Part shown: positions 1 to 9,225 of the stretch, in pieces
Position numbering within the stretch: position 1 is the first letter of the stretch
How the letters are laid out: each line of letters begins with the position of its first letter
Virus record (IMG/VR): IMGVR_UViG_3300018083_000021
DNA: 36,479 bases
Direction: 5' to 3' (one strand)
Source: a virus
Translations under genes and position numbers: made by a program
Notes under the pieces: model-generated
Databases searched by the model: none
What the model saw: only the letters and a program-made list of their open reading frames with translations
What the model was told of the DNA's origin: nothing

Positions 1-123
1 GATCCAATGGCCATGAAGCCACACAAGGGTGACGGGAACTTTTGCGCACGCCAATATGTTTATACAAAAGAAGAATTCTACGCTACATATCCTAATGTCA
101 TGAATCCTGTTAGCTATTCCGAC
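1..123. repeat. Terminal direct repeat (copy 1). It is identical to 36357-36479, so the genome is circular or circularly permuted with a unit length of 36356 bp.
   Basis: Both ends read GATCCAATGGCCATGAAGCC...GTTAGCTATTCCGAC, identical base for base. The repeat lies inside one continuous reading frame. Confidence 0.95.
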
Positions 124-1629
124 CCGCGCTCACTATTAGACTTCCAATGGGAAACACGCGACACGATAGTTGTTTGCAAATACACACGCAAAGAATGGTA
201 TCCCGTGAAACTTTATCTCTTATCCGATGGACACAGTGTCACTGAGGATGATTGGGAAGATATGCAGGAAGATATCGAGATGCAACGAGAACTTGCGGAC
301 TCATCCGAAGTAGTAGGCGACATCATACGCAAAGAAATACCCGAGATTGTGGGCGAACGAATGAGCAAGGATTATAACATTCGCCAATACATCCTATGCC
401 AGAATCAGGTGATTGAATTTACCGACTGGCCATCAAAGTATCTGCCCATTATATTCGTAGATGGTGATTCCAATTTCATCAATGGCCAACAATACACGCG
501 TTCCTTCATCCATGAAGCCAAAGACGCACAAAAATTTGTGAACTATGTAGGCTCCGAAGTCGCGGCAGAGATTAAAAACCGTCGACGTGAACAATGGATT
601 GGAACTCCAGATAACATTCAGGGTAACGAACAGATGTGGCGCAATCCCGAGCTACAAGCTGGTATTTTGATTGCAAAACCTGACCCAAAAACAGGTGCGA
701 TGCCGCAGAAGATGCCGCCATGGGAACTATCGCAATCGCTTCTTTTGCAATATCAACGAGGCTGTCAGGATATACGCGAGATATTAGGCTTTTCTGAAAC
801 CGAGGCGCTTCAAGGCCGTGACATATCAGGTAAAGCACGGCGTGAGCGCAAGATGGAAGGCTCAATGTCAGCTTACGTGTACTTTGATAACTTGAATCAA
901 GCTATTGAACAGGGTGGACGCGTTGTACTTGATTTACTGCCTGTCATTGCTGGAGATAGAGAGCGTCATATGGTGGTATCGAAAGCTGATGGAAGAACTG
1001 AATCTATTGTGCTGAATAAGATGACCAACAAAGAAGAGAATGGCAAGCCTGTTCGTGATAATGAACTTGATGCTGGTAATTACGATATTGAAATCGATAC
1101 GGGTCCATCGTTCGCTGTACAAAAAGACATCGCCCTTGAGTTTATGCAGCAAACATTAGCGGCTAATCCCACTGTATTCCCATTAATTGCAGACCTCTGG
1201 GCTAAGAATTTAGATGTGCAGTTTATGCCACAAATTGCTGAACGCTTTAAAACTCTTGTTCCTCCTGATGTGCTAGCTAAGGAAGAAGGCAAAGAACCGC
1301 CCCCGCAACAACCAAATCCACAAGAAGTCATGATGAAAATGGAAATGGAAAGCAAAATGGCAGACATTAAGAACAAGCAAGAAAAACTTGAACTTGAACG
1401 CCAACAGCATGAGCTTGATAAGGCCGAATTGCTCCTGAAAGCACAAAAGATTGAACTTGATAGTAAATTGGATATCTACAATCACCAATCGAATATTGAG
1501 AAGACTCGCCTTACTCATGGACTGGATAGAGAGAAGCATGAGTCTAAGTTTGCAGGTGACTTGGCACGAGTATTAGCGGATTTACATAAACATGCCAACC
1601 CGAACAAAAAAGAATCAAATAAGGACTGA
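1..1629 (+). CDS. Portal protein, C-terminal part. It is 5'-partial in the linear window and is the same gene as 35802-36479. The full gene is ~727 aa.
   Basis: Frame 1 is open from base 1 and in frame with 35802-36479 through the overlap. The gene lies downstream of the terminase and upstream of scaffold and coat. Its size matches P22-type portals. It has a long C-terminal coiled coil (KQEKLELERQQHELDKAELLLKAQKIELD). Confidence 0.85.
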   Translation, partial: DPMAMKPHKGDGNFCARQYVYTKEEFYATYPNVMNPVSYSDPRSLLDFQWETRDTIVVCKYTRKEWYPVKLYLLSDGHSVTEDDWEDMQEDIEMQRELADSSEVVGDIIRKEIPEIVGERMSKDYNIRQYILCQNQVIEFTDWPSKYLPIIFVDGDSNFINGQQYTRSFIHEAKDAQKFVNYVGSEVAAEIKNRRREQWIGTPDNIQGNEQMWRNPELQAGILIAKPDPKTGAMPQKMPPWELSQSLLLQYQRGCQDIREILGFSETEALQGRDISGKARRERKMEGSMSAYVYFDNLNQAIEQGGRVVLDLLPVIAGDRERHMVVSKADGRTESIVLNKMTNKEENGKPVRDNELDAGNYDIEIDTGPSFAVQKDIALEFMQQTLAANPTVFPLIADLWAKNLDVQFMPQIAERFKTLVPPDVLAKEEGKEPPPQQPNPQEVMMKMEMESKMADIKNKQEKLELERQQHELDKAELLLKAQKIELDSKLDIYNHQSNIEKTRLTHGLDREKHESKFAGDLARVLADLHKHANPNKKESNKD

Positions 1630-1772
1630 TATTGTTCACAAGTCGTACATATGGGGTAACAATTAAATAGATTTAAAGGTAGAATATAGGTTCGAGGGAA
1701 GGATTCTCTCAGGGTTTCAGGCTAACCGTAACGCCTAGGACATGAAAATGTCAGCATGGAGCAGTGGATATT

Positions 1773-2594
1773 ATGAATGAAGATGAAAATGCTTTAGCCG
1801 AGCAGGTAAGTGGTGATGATGAAGATGTCGAGAATGGTGGTGTGGGTGTAGGGGATGCCGAGGAACAGGGCATTTCTGATGACTCACAGGGAATGGAATC
1901 CCAAGATGATGGCATGACAGATGGAATGCGAAGGCGTTTACATGGTCAAGCCAAAAAGCACGCGCGAGAAATGCGGCAGCTTCATGACCGTATATCGCAA
2001 ATGCAATCGCAAGGAAGCGATTCTGCCAATCCTCAGACATCGATGTATCAAGAGCCTCCATATTCTTCACCCGGGCAGCCTAGCGCGCCACCAATGAGTG
2101 AAGAAGAAAGAATACAGAAAGCCGTACGGTTTGCCCTTGGAGCGAAGGAACACGAAGAGCGGCAAGCTAAAGATGCTGAACGTCAAATGCATGTACACAA
2201 GCAGTATCAACGCTTGAATGATGAATTTGATAGAGCATCTGAAAAGTATGATGATTTTGACGACGTGGTTAGAGGGGATGACATCCCGTTTACACCACAT
2301 GTGCGGGATGCGCTATTACTCGTTGAAAATCCGGCAGAAGTGGCCTACAAGCTCGGTAAGAACAAATCTGAACTCGAACGTATATCTAAACTCCATCCGC
2401 TAGATCAAGCACGTGAAGTAAACAAGTTGTCATTTTCGCTAATGGGCGGACAAAACGGTAAAACGCCAAGTCCCGCTAAAGCTAATCCTTTAGGCTCAGT
2501 ACGCGCAAATCCGGCTCACTCTTCAAATGCTGTTACGGGAAAAACTCCGCCTTCTGAAATTAGACGACGGATGAAAGCTGGCACATGGAAGTGA
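1773..2594 (+). CDS. Putative scaffolding protein
   Basis: It lies between the portal and coat genes. The N-terminus is acidic (DEDENALAEQVSGDDEDVE) and the rest is charged and helical with no catalytic motifs. GGAG at 1758-1761 favours ATG 1773 over the track's GTG 1764. Confidence 0.6.
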   Translation: MNEDENALAEQVSGDDEDVENGGVGVGDAEEQGISDDSQGMESQDDGMTDGMRRRLHGQAKKHAREMRQLHDRISQMQSQGSDSANPQTSMYQEPPYSSPGQPSAPPMSEEERIQKAVRFALGAKEHEERQAKDAERQMHVHKQYQRLNDEFDRASEKYDDFDDVVRGDDIPFTPHVRDALLLVENPAEVAYKLGKNKSELERISKLHPLDQAREVNKLSFSLMGGQNGKTPSPAKANPLGSVRANPAHSSNAVTGKTPPSEIRRRMKAGTWK

Positions 2595-2600
2595 CTATAG

Positions 2601-2667
2601 GTTTCAAGGATGAAACTTGCTGAAACTTAAGACACGGCCAGGTGCCCATTAAACGGATTTAATGGAG
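2601..2667 (+). promoter_or_regulatory. Structured leader of the coat gene: two hairpins, the second overlapping the Shine-Dalgarno sequence.
   Basis: GTTTCA (2601-2606) can pair with either TGAAAC copy (2611-2616 or 2621-2626). TGAAACTT is directly repeated. A perfect 8-bp hairpin, CCATTAAA (2646-2653) / TTTAATGG (2658-2665), has a 4-nt loop. Its 3' arm overlaps the SD GGAG at 2664-2667. The coat ATG is at 2677. Confidence 0.4.
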
Positions 2668-2676
2668 ACCTAGCCA

Positions 2677-3891
2677 ATGGCTACAAATCAATTTATTACT
2701 ACTGACTTAGTCAGTAATACTGCTCTTGCAATGTTTGCGAACAACGCACCCTTTGTAATGACTGCAAGTCGTATTTACCAAGATGATTTCGTATCATCCG
2801 GCTATAAGATAGGCGACACATTACAAGTTAGACGACAAAACCATTTTATTGTTGGTGACGGTTCAGTTGCAACCCCACAATCCATCATTGAAACAGTTGA
2901 AAGTATCGTAATTGCGCATCAATATCACGCATTGATTGCTTACACTATTCAAGATTTATCCCTGCGAATCGAAGACTTTTCCAGATTGTTTATTGCCCCT
3001 GCTATTCAGGAAGTAATAACCCAAATGGAAAAAGACATCGCAAGTGCCGCTGAGCAAGAATTAAATTTCTTCACAGGAACCGCCGGTGTTGCAATCAACT
3101 CTTTCACAACTGTTGATACAGCTGGTGCTAAATTGCTTGAGCAAGGTGTAAACATCGCATCTGATGCCTATATGGCAATGACAGTTCGTGATGGCTCCAG
3201 CTTAAAAGGCGCGTTGCTTAACAACTTCACTCCTGTGTTTAACGAAGACATCGTACGTTCTTCTGCAATTGGCCATTTGTCATACTTTGACATTTTCCAG
3301 TCTCAGAATATTGCACGTCACGTTGCAGGGGATGGTCCCACACTATATTCCGCAGATGCATTACTGGTTAATGGTGCCGTATCTTCTGGCAATACAATTG
3401 TCATGGATGGCGCGACTATCAGCATTACTGATTATTTCAGAGTGGGCGATGTTATATCAATCGCAGGTGTGCAGTCTGTTAACCCGGTAGGACGTGCATC
3501 TACTGGTCAAGATATGCAGTTTGTAGTAACTGCCAATGCCAACTCTAGTGGTGGTGGTGCGGTTACTGTATCTGTGGCACCTGCTATTATTTCTGACACA
3601 TTGAATCCTAACCGTAACGTCACGAATGCTATTCCAGATGATGCGGCAGTTACTATGGTCGGAAGTCATAACGTTAACGTGGCTTATCCTTCTCGTGGCC
3701 TTGATATCGTTTGCCCTCCTTTGTATAAACTTCAAGTACCTTTTGCATCAGTGGCCGTTGATCCTGAAACTGGCTTAAGTCTTGCAGTTACACAAACAGG
3801 GGATATCCTAGGATATCAAAACTATATGCGTATCGATTTATTGTGTGGCTTTAAATGGCATCCACAATATGCAGTTCGCGTGCTTTCTTAA
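2677..3891 (+). CDS. Major capsid protein, P22-type coat family
   Basis: 404-aa ORF directly after the scaffold gene, with GGAG 9 nt upstream. The segment VGDVISIAGVQSV...MQFVVTA...VTVSVAPAI resembles the P22 gp5 segment RGDKISFAGVKF...TFSVVRV...VEITPKP, recalled from memory. Confidence 0.8.
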   Translation: MATNQFITTDLVSNTALAMFANNAPFVMTASRIYQDDFVSSGYKIGDTLQVRRQNHFIVGDGSVATPQSIIETVESIVIAHQYHALIAYTIQDLSLRIEDFSRLFIAPAIQEVITQMEKDIASAAEQELNFFTGTAGVAINSFTTVDTAGAKLLEQGVNIASDAYMAMTVRDGSSLKGALLNNFTPVFNEDIVRSSAIGHLSYFDIFQSQNIARHVAGDGPTLYSADALLVNGAVSSGNTIVMDGATISITDYFRVGDVISIAGVQSVNPVGRASTGQDMQFVVTANANSSGGGAVTVSVAPAIISDTLNPNRNVTNAIPDDAAVTMVGSHNVNVAYPSRGLDIVCPPLYKLQVPFASVAVDPETGLSLAVTQTGDILGYQNYMRIDLLCGFKWHPQYAVRVLS

Positions 3892-3901
3892 GGACTTGCC
3901 G

Positions 3902-4087
3902 ATGCTTACATGTATTTACCATCCAATCGACCCATGCAGATATGTCGAAGAAGATAAGGCCGAAAAAATGAAAGCATCGGGCATCTGGTTTGATTGCCCG
4001 AATAAAGCTAAAAGTTATCGGAAGCGCGTAGAAGAAGATATCAAAAAAGAATCTACGCCCGTTAAGGTTAAACAGAAAAGGAAATAA
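3902..4087 (+). CDS. Hypothetical small protein (61 aa) with a basic C-terminus
   Basis: AAGGA lies 8 nt upstream of ATG 3902. The track start 3845 would overlap the coat gene. The ORF is tightly packed with its neighbours. Confidence 0.5.
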   Translation: MLTCIYHPIDPCRYVEEDKAEKMKASGIWFDCPNKAKSYRKRVEEDIKKESTPVKVKQKRK

Positions 4088-4089
4088 TC

Positions 4090-4293
4090 ATGAAAGATAA
4101 CAAAATGGTGCAAAGTAACAATGCATTTGTTAAAGCCGAGCAAGCCAAGATGAAAGGCAAGATGGGTAATCGTCCGGGCGCTCCTGCTGAAATGAAGCAT
4201 TTCGATGCTTACATGAGCAATGATGGCGAAGGTGCACAAGACTTTGGCCGTAAGCTCTGCAAAGGTTTGGATGATGCATTCCCATTGAAATAA
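4090..4293 (+). CDS. Hypothetical protein (67 aa)
   Basis: The ORF starts 2 nt after the previous stop, inside the head-gene block. Confidence 0.5.
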   Translation: MKDNKMVQSNNAFVKAEQAKMKGKMGNRPGAPAEMKHFDAYMSNDGEGAQDFGRKLCKGLDDAFPLK

Positions 4294-4359
4294 TGATGAC
4301 ATCGACATATCGCCAAGATGTGTCGATAAACCCGCATTTTTTCGACATAAGGAATTGTC

Positions 4360-5094
4360 ATGGCTCAAGTAACCAGAAGCACCAATGAACTTATCATAAA
4401 TTCCTTATATAAAATCGGGGAATTAGGTGTAGGCGAAACCCCAGATTCTTTTATGCTTTCGTCAGGACTAGAACTCATCAATGAAATTATTGATATGTTT
4501 GCAGCCGATAGCATTTATATTCCATATCTCAAAACACTTAATTTTGACATGATTGCAGGCCAAGCATCATATAGCATCTCAGATATGATTCCTGCTGATG
4601 TGAACTCAAATCGTATTGTTGATTTGAGCATGGCGAACTATACAGTCCCTAGTAGCGGACAAGGAATAATATATCCGCTTCAAATCATAAATAAAGCCCA
4701 ATATTATGGAGTAACGCGTTTAACGCCACTTAATACACGCCCAGGATTCATATTCTTAGATAAGCAAGAATTGCAAACAACGGTGACGTTATATCCGGCA
4801 CCAGACCAACCATATCCTTGCATTTTGCAAGTTAAACAAATGTTAAATCAACTTTTTGCAAATGAAGATTTAACGGAATTGCCTCCATTTTACTACGGAC
4901 TTATGAAATCCATGCTCTCTCGCAAGTTCTTGGCATATTACCCATCAGGTAATTGGCCTCCTACTGCTGAGGAAGAATATCAGGATTACTATAATATTCT
5001 TAAGAATGCCACAGAAACTGATGTAACTATCAGGCCTTCTGCAATATTAAGTCGTGCCGAGCCATTCTATTGGCAAAACATTTTGGCTTATTAA
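4360..5094 (+). CDS. Putative head-to-tail adaptor/connector protein
   Basis: 244-aa ORF with AAGGA upstream. It lies between the coat gene and the gp10-like gene, and its stop abuts the next start. The function is inferred from position only. Confidence 0.45.
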   Translation: MAQVTRSTNELIINSLYKIGELGVGETPDSFMLSSGLELINEIIDMFAADSIYIPYLKTLNFDMIAGQASYSISDMIPADVNSNRIVDLSMANYTVPSSGQGIIYPLQIINKAQYYGVTRLTPLNTRPGFIFLDKQELQTTVTLYPAPDQPYPCILQVKQMLNQLFANEDLTELPPFYYGLMKSMLSRKFLAYYPSGNWPPTAEEEYQDYYNILKNATETDVTIRPSAILSRAEPFYWQNILAY

Positions 5095-5095
5095 G

Positions 5096-6973
5096 ATGAC
5101 TCTTCAAGACTATGACCTCATAGGCAGTTATGACAATCAGCGTGTAAGCAGCATTAATGCCGAGCGTTCCGTCAATCTATTCGAGTATATAGATGAGCAT
5201 GGCAAGAAACCTAAGGTTCTGCTTCCAACAGCCGGACTTGTCGATGCAGAACTTGATTTCGGAGTAGAAACCGGAGGTTCTCGCGCCTCTTTTGTATTTG
5301 ATAATGCGATATTCTTAGTGTATGGAAGCTCTGTATTTAGAGTAACGGGCTCTACAGATGCGCTATCAACATCATTAATTGGAGAGCTTAAAGATTCAGG
5401 TGGTAATGTCACGACTACTACGGGTTATGTCGGAGTGGACGCAAATACTTTTCAGGTAATATTTGTTGATGGCGTATTAGGTTGGATTTGGGATACTAAT
5501 ACGCAGCTCTTTACGCTGATTACTGATGAAAGTTTCCCTGATAATCCAATTGATGTATGTTATTTAGATGGATTCTTCTTGGTGGCATCTGGTGGTACTA
5601 ATAATTTCTACTTATCATCTTTAAATCAAGGATTAATTTGGGGTGCGGATTTTGCGAGTGGTACTGGGAATGCATTTGTAGCAACAAGTGGCGCGTCTCC
5701 GAACCTAGTTTTATCAACTGGCACGACTTTAAACTATCAAATAGGCACACCCATACAATTTAATGGTGGAGGCGTGTTACCAACAGGGACACCCGCTATA
5801 TCTATCGGCGTTACCTATTATGTAAAAACCGTAGTAGATTCTACAACCTTTACTATATCAACCACTCCAAATGGCACAGCAATTACTTTTGCAACTACAG
5901 GAAGTGGTGCAATTTTTGTTACCAATAGCGGTCAATTGCAAGTTGGGAGCATTACTTCACATCCCGGAACTATCGTTGCATGTAAAACATTGCACCGACG
6001 TATATTTCTATTTTCTGAAAATTATACAGAAGTCTGGGAAAATGCAGGGCTCGGTACAACATTACCATTTAGACGCAATAATTCATTACTTATGGAAGTG
6101 GGCACTCCTGCCATTGCGAGTGTGAATGTAGGTTTTGATAGGATGTTCTTCTTAGCACAAGACCGTGATGGACTTGCGGGTGTTATGGAAGTCACGGGTT
6201 CCGAGGCAGGTCTTGTAAGTAATCGTGCACTAGACTTTCAGTTAGCGGCATATGCTGAGAATCCAGACCAAGGGGTAAGTGATGCAAGAGGGGTTTTAAT
6301 CAAAGAAAATGGTCTTATCTTCTATCGATTGAATTTTACGGAAGCTAATCACACATTTGTTTTAAATGTCTCTATGAGTAGCCCTCAGGCTCCTAAATGG
6401 CATGAGGAAGAAGTTTTAAATGGCGACAGGCACCCGGCACAAACTCATGCATATTTTGATGGCGTGAATTACTATGGTGATTACCAAGAGCCATTATTTT
6501 ATGTAGTAGATGATCAAGCCTCCACTAACAATGGCGAGGCTATAAGACGTATGAGAATAGGTCGTCAGATGACACCGGAAGGCTACAACAGAATCAGAAT
6601 TGATAGGTTTCAAGTCGATTTACTCCAAGGCGCACTTGATTTAGAGAATTTCATAGATGTTGATTTAGATACTGAGGCGAGCGATCCACTATTTACAGAA
6701 TCATCGATAAATATCATCTTAGAAACCCAGACTGATATAGGTGGTCAGCAACCCGTAGTATTTCTCTCTTATTCCAAAGATGGCGCACAGACATTTGGTA
6801 ATCTTTTGCAGGCTAATATGGGTAAGATTGGAGAACGAACGTTCAGGACTGTATGGCGTAAGCTCGGCGTGACCCCTAGAGGCCAAGGATTTGTGCCCAA
6901 GATTGAATTTTTTGATGATGTACCTTTTATAGTATTGGGTGCAGCATGGGTATTTGAAGTATTGCCGGAGTAA
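5096..6973 (+). CDS. Packaged-DNA stabilisation / tail accessory protein (P22 gp10-like) with an inserted Gly/Thr-rich domain
   Basis: ATG 5096 follows the TAA at 5092-5094 by one base. The C-terminal pattern LSYSKDG..FG...RTVWRKLG...LGAAWVFEVLPE resembles the P22 gp10 C-terminus as I recall it. The track start 5054 overlaps the upstream gene. Confidence 0.5.
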   Translation: MTLQDYDLIGSYDNQRVSSINAERSVNLFEYIDEHGKKPKVLLPTAGLVDAELDFGVETGGSRASFVFDNAIFLVYGSSVFRVTGSTDALSTSLIGELKDSGGNVTTTTGYVGVDANTFQVIFVDGVLGWIWDTNTQLFTLITDESFPDNPIDVCYLDGFFLVASGGTNNFYLSSLNQGLIWGADFASGTGNAFVATSGASPNLVLSTGTTLNYQIGTPIQFNGGGVLPTGTPAISIGVTYYVKTVVDSTTFTISTTPNGTAITFATTGSGAIFVTNSGQLQVGSITSHPGTIVACKTLHRRIFLFSENYTEVWENAGLGTTLPFRRNNSLLMEVGTPAIASVNVGFDRMFFLAQDRDGLAGVMEVTGSEAGLVSNRALDFQLAAYAENPDQGVSDARGVLIKENGLIFYRLNFTEANHTFVLNVSMSSPQAPKWHEEEVLNGDRHPAQTHAYFDGVNYYGDYQEPLFYVVDDQASTNNGEAIRRMRIGRQMTPEGYNRIRIDRFQVDLLQGALDLENFIDVDLDTEASDPLFTESSINIILETQTDIGGQQPVVFLSYSKDGAQTFGNLLQANMGKIGERTFRTVWRKLGVTPRGQGFVPKIEFFDDVPFIVLGAAWVFEVLPE

Positions 6974-6976
6974 TGT

Positions 6977-7276
6977 ATGGCACGTGATTTTGATAATTTT
7001 CCAACATACGATCCAATTATTAGAAATGAGGTCTATCTAAGCAGTAGTTGGGCAGATTTTATGGCAACATTTGTGGAATCATTACGGGAATATCTAACGC
7101 AGTATGGTAATTTCGTGCCACGTCTTACGTTAGCGCAGCGCGATAGTATACAAGACCCTCAAGAAGGGCAGATGATTTATGTAAGTGATGCTAATACCCC
7201 GGTTACACCGCGAACCGCCGAGCTTCAAATATGGCAAGTAGTGGCAGATGTTGGGCAATGGACGACAATTGTTTAA
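6977..7276 (+). CDS. Hypothetical virion-module protein (99 aa)
   Basis: GGAG lies upstream, and the ORF is packed between structural genes. Confidence 0.5.
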   Translation: MARDFDNFPTYDPIIRNEVYLSSSWADFMATFVESLREYLTQYGNFVPRLTLAQRDSIQDPQEGQMIYVSDANTPVTPRTAELQIWQVVADVGQWTTIV

Positions 7277-7317
7277 AATGACTTTATAATAGATTAAAAA
7301 TCACAAGGAATGTGAAA

Positions 7318-7923
7318 ATGCCATTTGATTCAAATATGTTTGGCAGTGGACTCGGCGGCATGCTGGGTGGATTGTTTGGTCATTCAGAGCGGCCTTACGA
7401 TAAAGCTATGGAGCAATACCAGAAATATGGCCAAATGGCACAACAACAACAGAAACCATGGATGGAGGCAGGCCAACAGGCTATCCCCCAATATCAATCT
7501 TGGCTTCAAGGACAACAAGATCCAAGTGGATTTATCAATAATCTCATGGGGCAATATCAAGAAAGTCCTTACACTAATTATTTACAACAGCAAGCTATGC
7601 GCGCAGGTCAAAATTCAGCAAGTGCCAGTGGATTAACTGGAAGTTCTCCTATGATGCTGCAACAACAACAAAATGCCGCTAATATTTCACAACAGGGCAT
7701 GAATGACTGGCTGAGTAATGTTCTCGGTATTAACACTCAATACGGCCAAGGCCAACAAAATCTCATGCAAGGCGGTCAGAGTGCCGCCAATAATCTCTCA
7801 ACACTGTATGGAAATTTAGGCAATCAGATGGGTGAACAAGCTTATAATCGTGAAGGTGCCAAGCAAAACAATATGTGGAATATGTTGGGTGGTATAGGTA
7901 GTATGATCGGCGGCTTTTTATAA
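7318..7923 (+). CDS. Q/N/G/M-rich low-complexity protein, putative internal virion/ejection protein
   Basis: AAGGA lies 9 nt upstream of ATG 7318. The composition includes QQQQ and GGxxGG runs and the motifs GGMLGGLFG and GGIGSMIGGFL. It lies upstream of two large ejection-type ORFs. Confidence 0.45.
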   Translation: MPFDSNMFGSGLGGMLGGLFGHSERPYDKAMEQYQKYGQMAQQQQKPWMEAGQQAIPQYQSWLQGQQDPSGFINNLMGQYQESPYTNYLQQQAMRAGQNSASASGLTGSSPMMLQQQQNAANISQQGMNDWLSNVLGINTQYGQGQQNLMQGGQSAANNLSTLYGNLGNQMGEQAYNREGAKQNNMWNMLGGIGSMIGGFL

Positions 7924-7932
7924 GGATTAGAA

Positions 7933-9225
7933 ATGGCAATACCATCAGTAAATCTTTTTTCTAATCTGCCGGGTGGCGGATTGAATGCTGCTATGAACGC
8001 TAATAATGCGCTTGCTAATAACATGCATTTGCGCGAGATTAATCGTATTAAGGCTAAGTATGCTCCAGTAACTACACAAGCTGAAGCGTTATCAAAACTT
8101 GCCTATGCAAATCTTATGGGGCCACAGTTTCTTGCCAAAATGATGGGAAATCCTGATATCGTAGCGAGTCTTTCAGAGCCTCAAATAAAAAATAACATTA
8201 ATACGATAAACCGAGCCGGAAATGGGCAAGGAACAAGTACTGGATTACTTAATAGTTTGCAAAGTAATGTTATGCCCAATGGCGAACCATCAGGAAACCC
8301 GCTGGCTAATATAGGTCAATTTATTGCGGGGAAATTTCGTGGAATGTTCCCTGAGGCCAATAATCAACAAGCAATGCCTACAAATTCATTGGCAAATCCA
8401 GAAATTGGTATGCCGTCTCAAAATCAAGCGCCAGCATTGCCATCAGTTAGGCCAAAAGGCGGGGTGAGTGTAACAGGCGAGCAATGGTATGATAAAAATG
8501 GCAATCCTGTTTATACCGATGAGATTGAGGACAATGGAGTTCCTGTAGATTTGGGGATTGCGCCTCAAAGAGAGCTTACTTATGCAGAAAAAGCAGGCAA
8601 GCAAAAAGGAATCATAGGAGAAGGTACAGAAACAGGCAAGATCCGTGCCAAAGATATTGATAATCTCAATACAACTGTATTTAATGCTGAAACTAATGGC
8701 GAAACACTTAATCAAATTAATGATATTTTGGCATCTCCAGAATTTGAACAGATAAGACAAGTACCATTGCTTGGTCATCATGAGCTTTCTTATTATGCAA
8801 AAGCAGGCACGCCAGAGCAGCAACAAATGGTAGGTAAATATTACACGTTAACAGGAAATCTTGTTAAGGACGCATCACGTGATTTTGCAGGACAGTTCAG
8901 AAAAGGCGAGCAACAATTACTAAATGGAATGAAGCCTAATCCTAATGATACTGTTGATACGGCTAAAGGAAAATCTGAGACTCTGACTATTTTAAATAGA
9001 ATGTTACAAGAGCGCTCTCGGCTAACTTCAAAGATTATGAATCAATATCATGTCAATAAATTGGAAGCGAGTGAAGAAGCTGATAAGCGAATTAATGGCC
9101 AACAAATTAGGCGTGACATTCATGATAGATTAAATCCTACAGTGACTATCATAAATAGAAAGACAGGTGACAAAAAAACAGTTTCTATTTCTGAAGCGAG
9201 AAAATTGGGAGTCCCTAATGTCTGA
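7933..9225 (+). CDS. Putative internal virion / DNA-ejection protein (430 aa)
   Basis: Large ORF with no recognisable motifs, lying between the tail accessory and tail fibre genes as P22 gp7/gp20/gp16 do. AAGGA lies upstream. Confidence 0.45.
   Translation: MAIPSVNLFSNLPGGGLNAAMNANNALANNMHLREINRIKAKYAPVTTQAEALSKLAYANLMGPQFLAKMMGNPDIVASLSEPQIKNNINTINRAGNGQGTSTGLLNSLQSNVMPNGEPSGNPLANIGQFIAGKFRGMFPEANNQQAMPTNSLANPEIGMPSQNQAPALPSVRPKGGVSVTGEQWYDKNGNPVYTDEIEDNGVPVDLGIAPQRELTYAEKAGKQKGIIGEGTETGKIRAKDIDNLNTTVFNAETNGETLNQINDILASPEFEQIRQVPLLGHHELSYYAKAGTPEQQQMVGKYYTLTGNLVKDASRDFAGQFRKGEQQLLNGMKPNPNDTVDTAKGKSETLTILNRMLQERSRLTSKIMNQYHVNKLEASEEADKRINGQQIRRDIHDRLNPTVTIINRKTGDKKTVSISEARKLGVPNV

Noticed and set aside
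9167-9225. An A7 tract (9172-9178) lies at the start of the 59-nt overlap between the two ejection-type ORFs. This could allow a frameshift or transcriptional-slippage fusion.
   Set aside because: The downstream frame is +1, not -1. The heptamer is not a canonical X XXY YYZ site in the zero frame. A good SD plus ATG at 9218, with an 8-nt overlap on the upstream stop, explains the downstream gene. Seventeen open codons upstream of an ATG is unremarkable.
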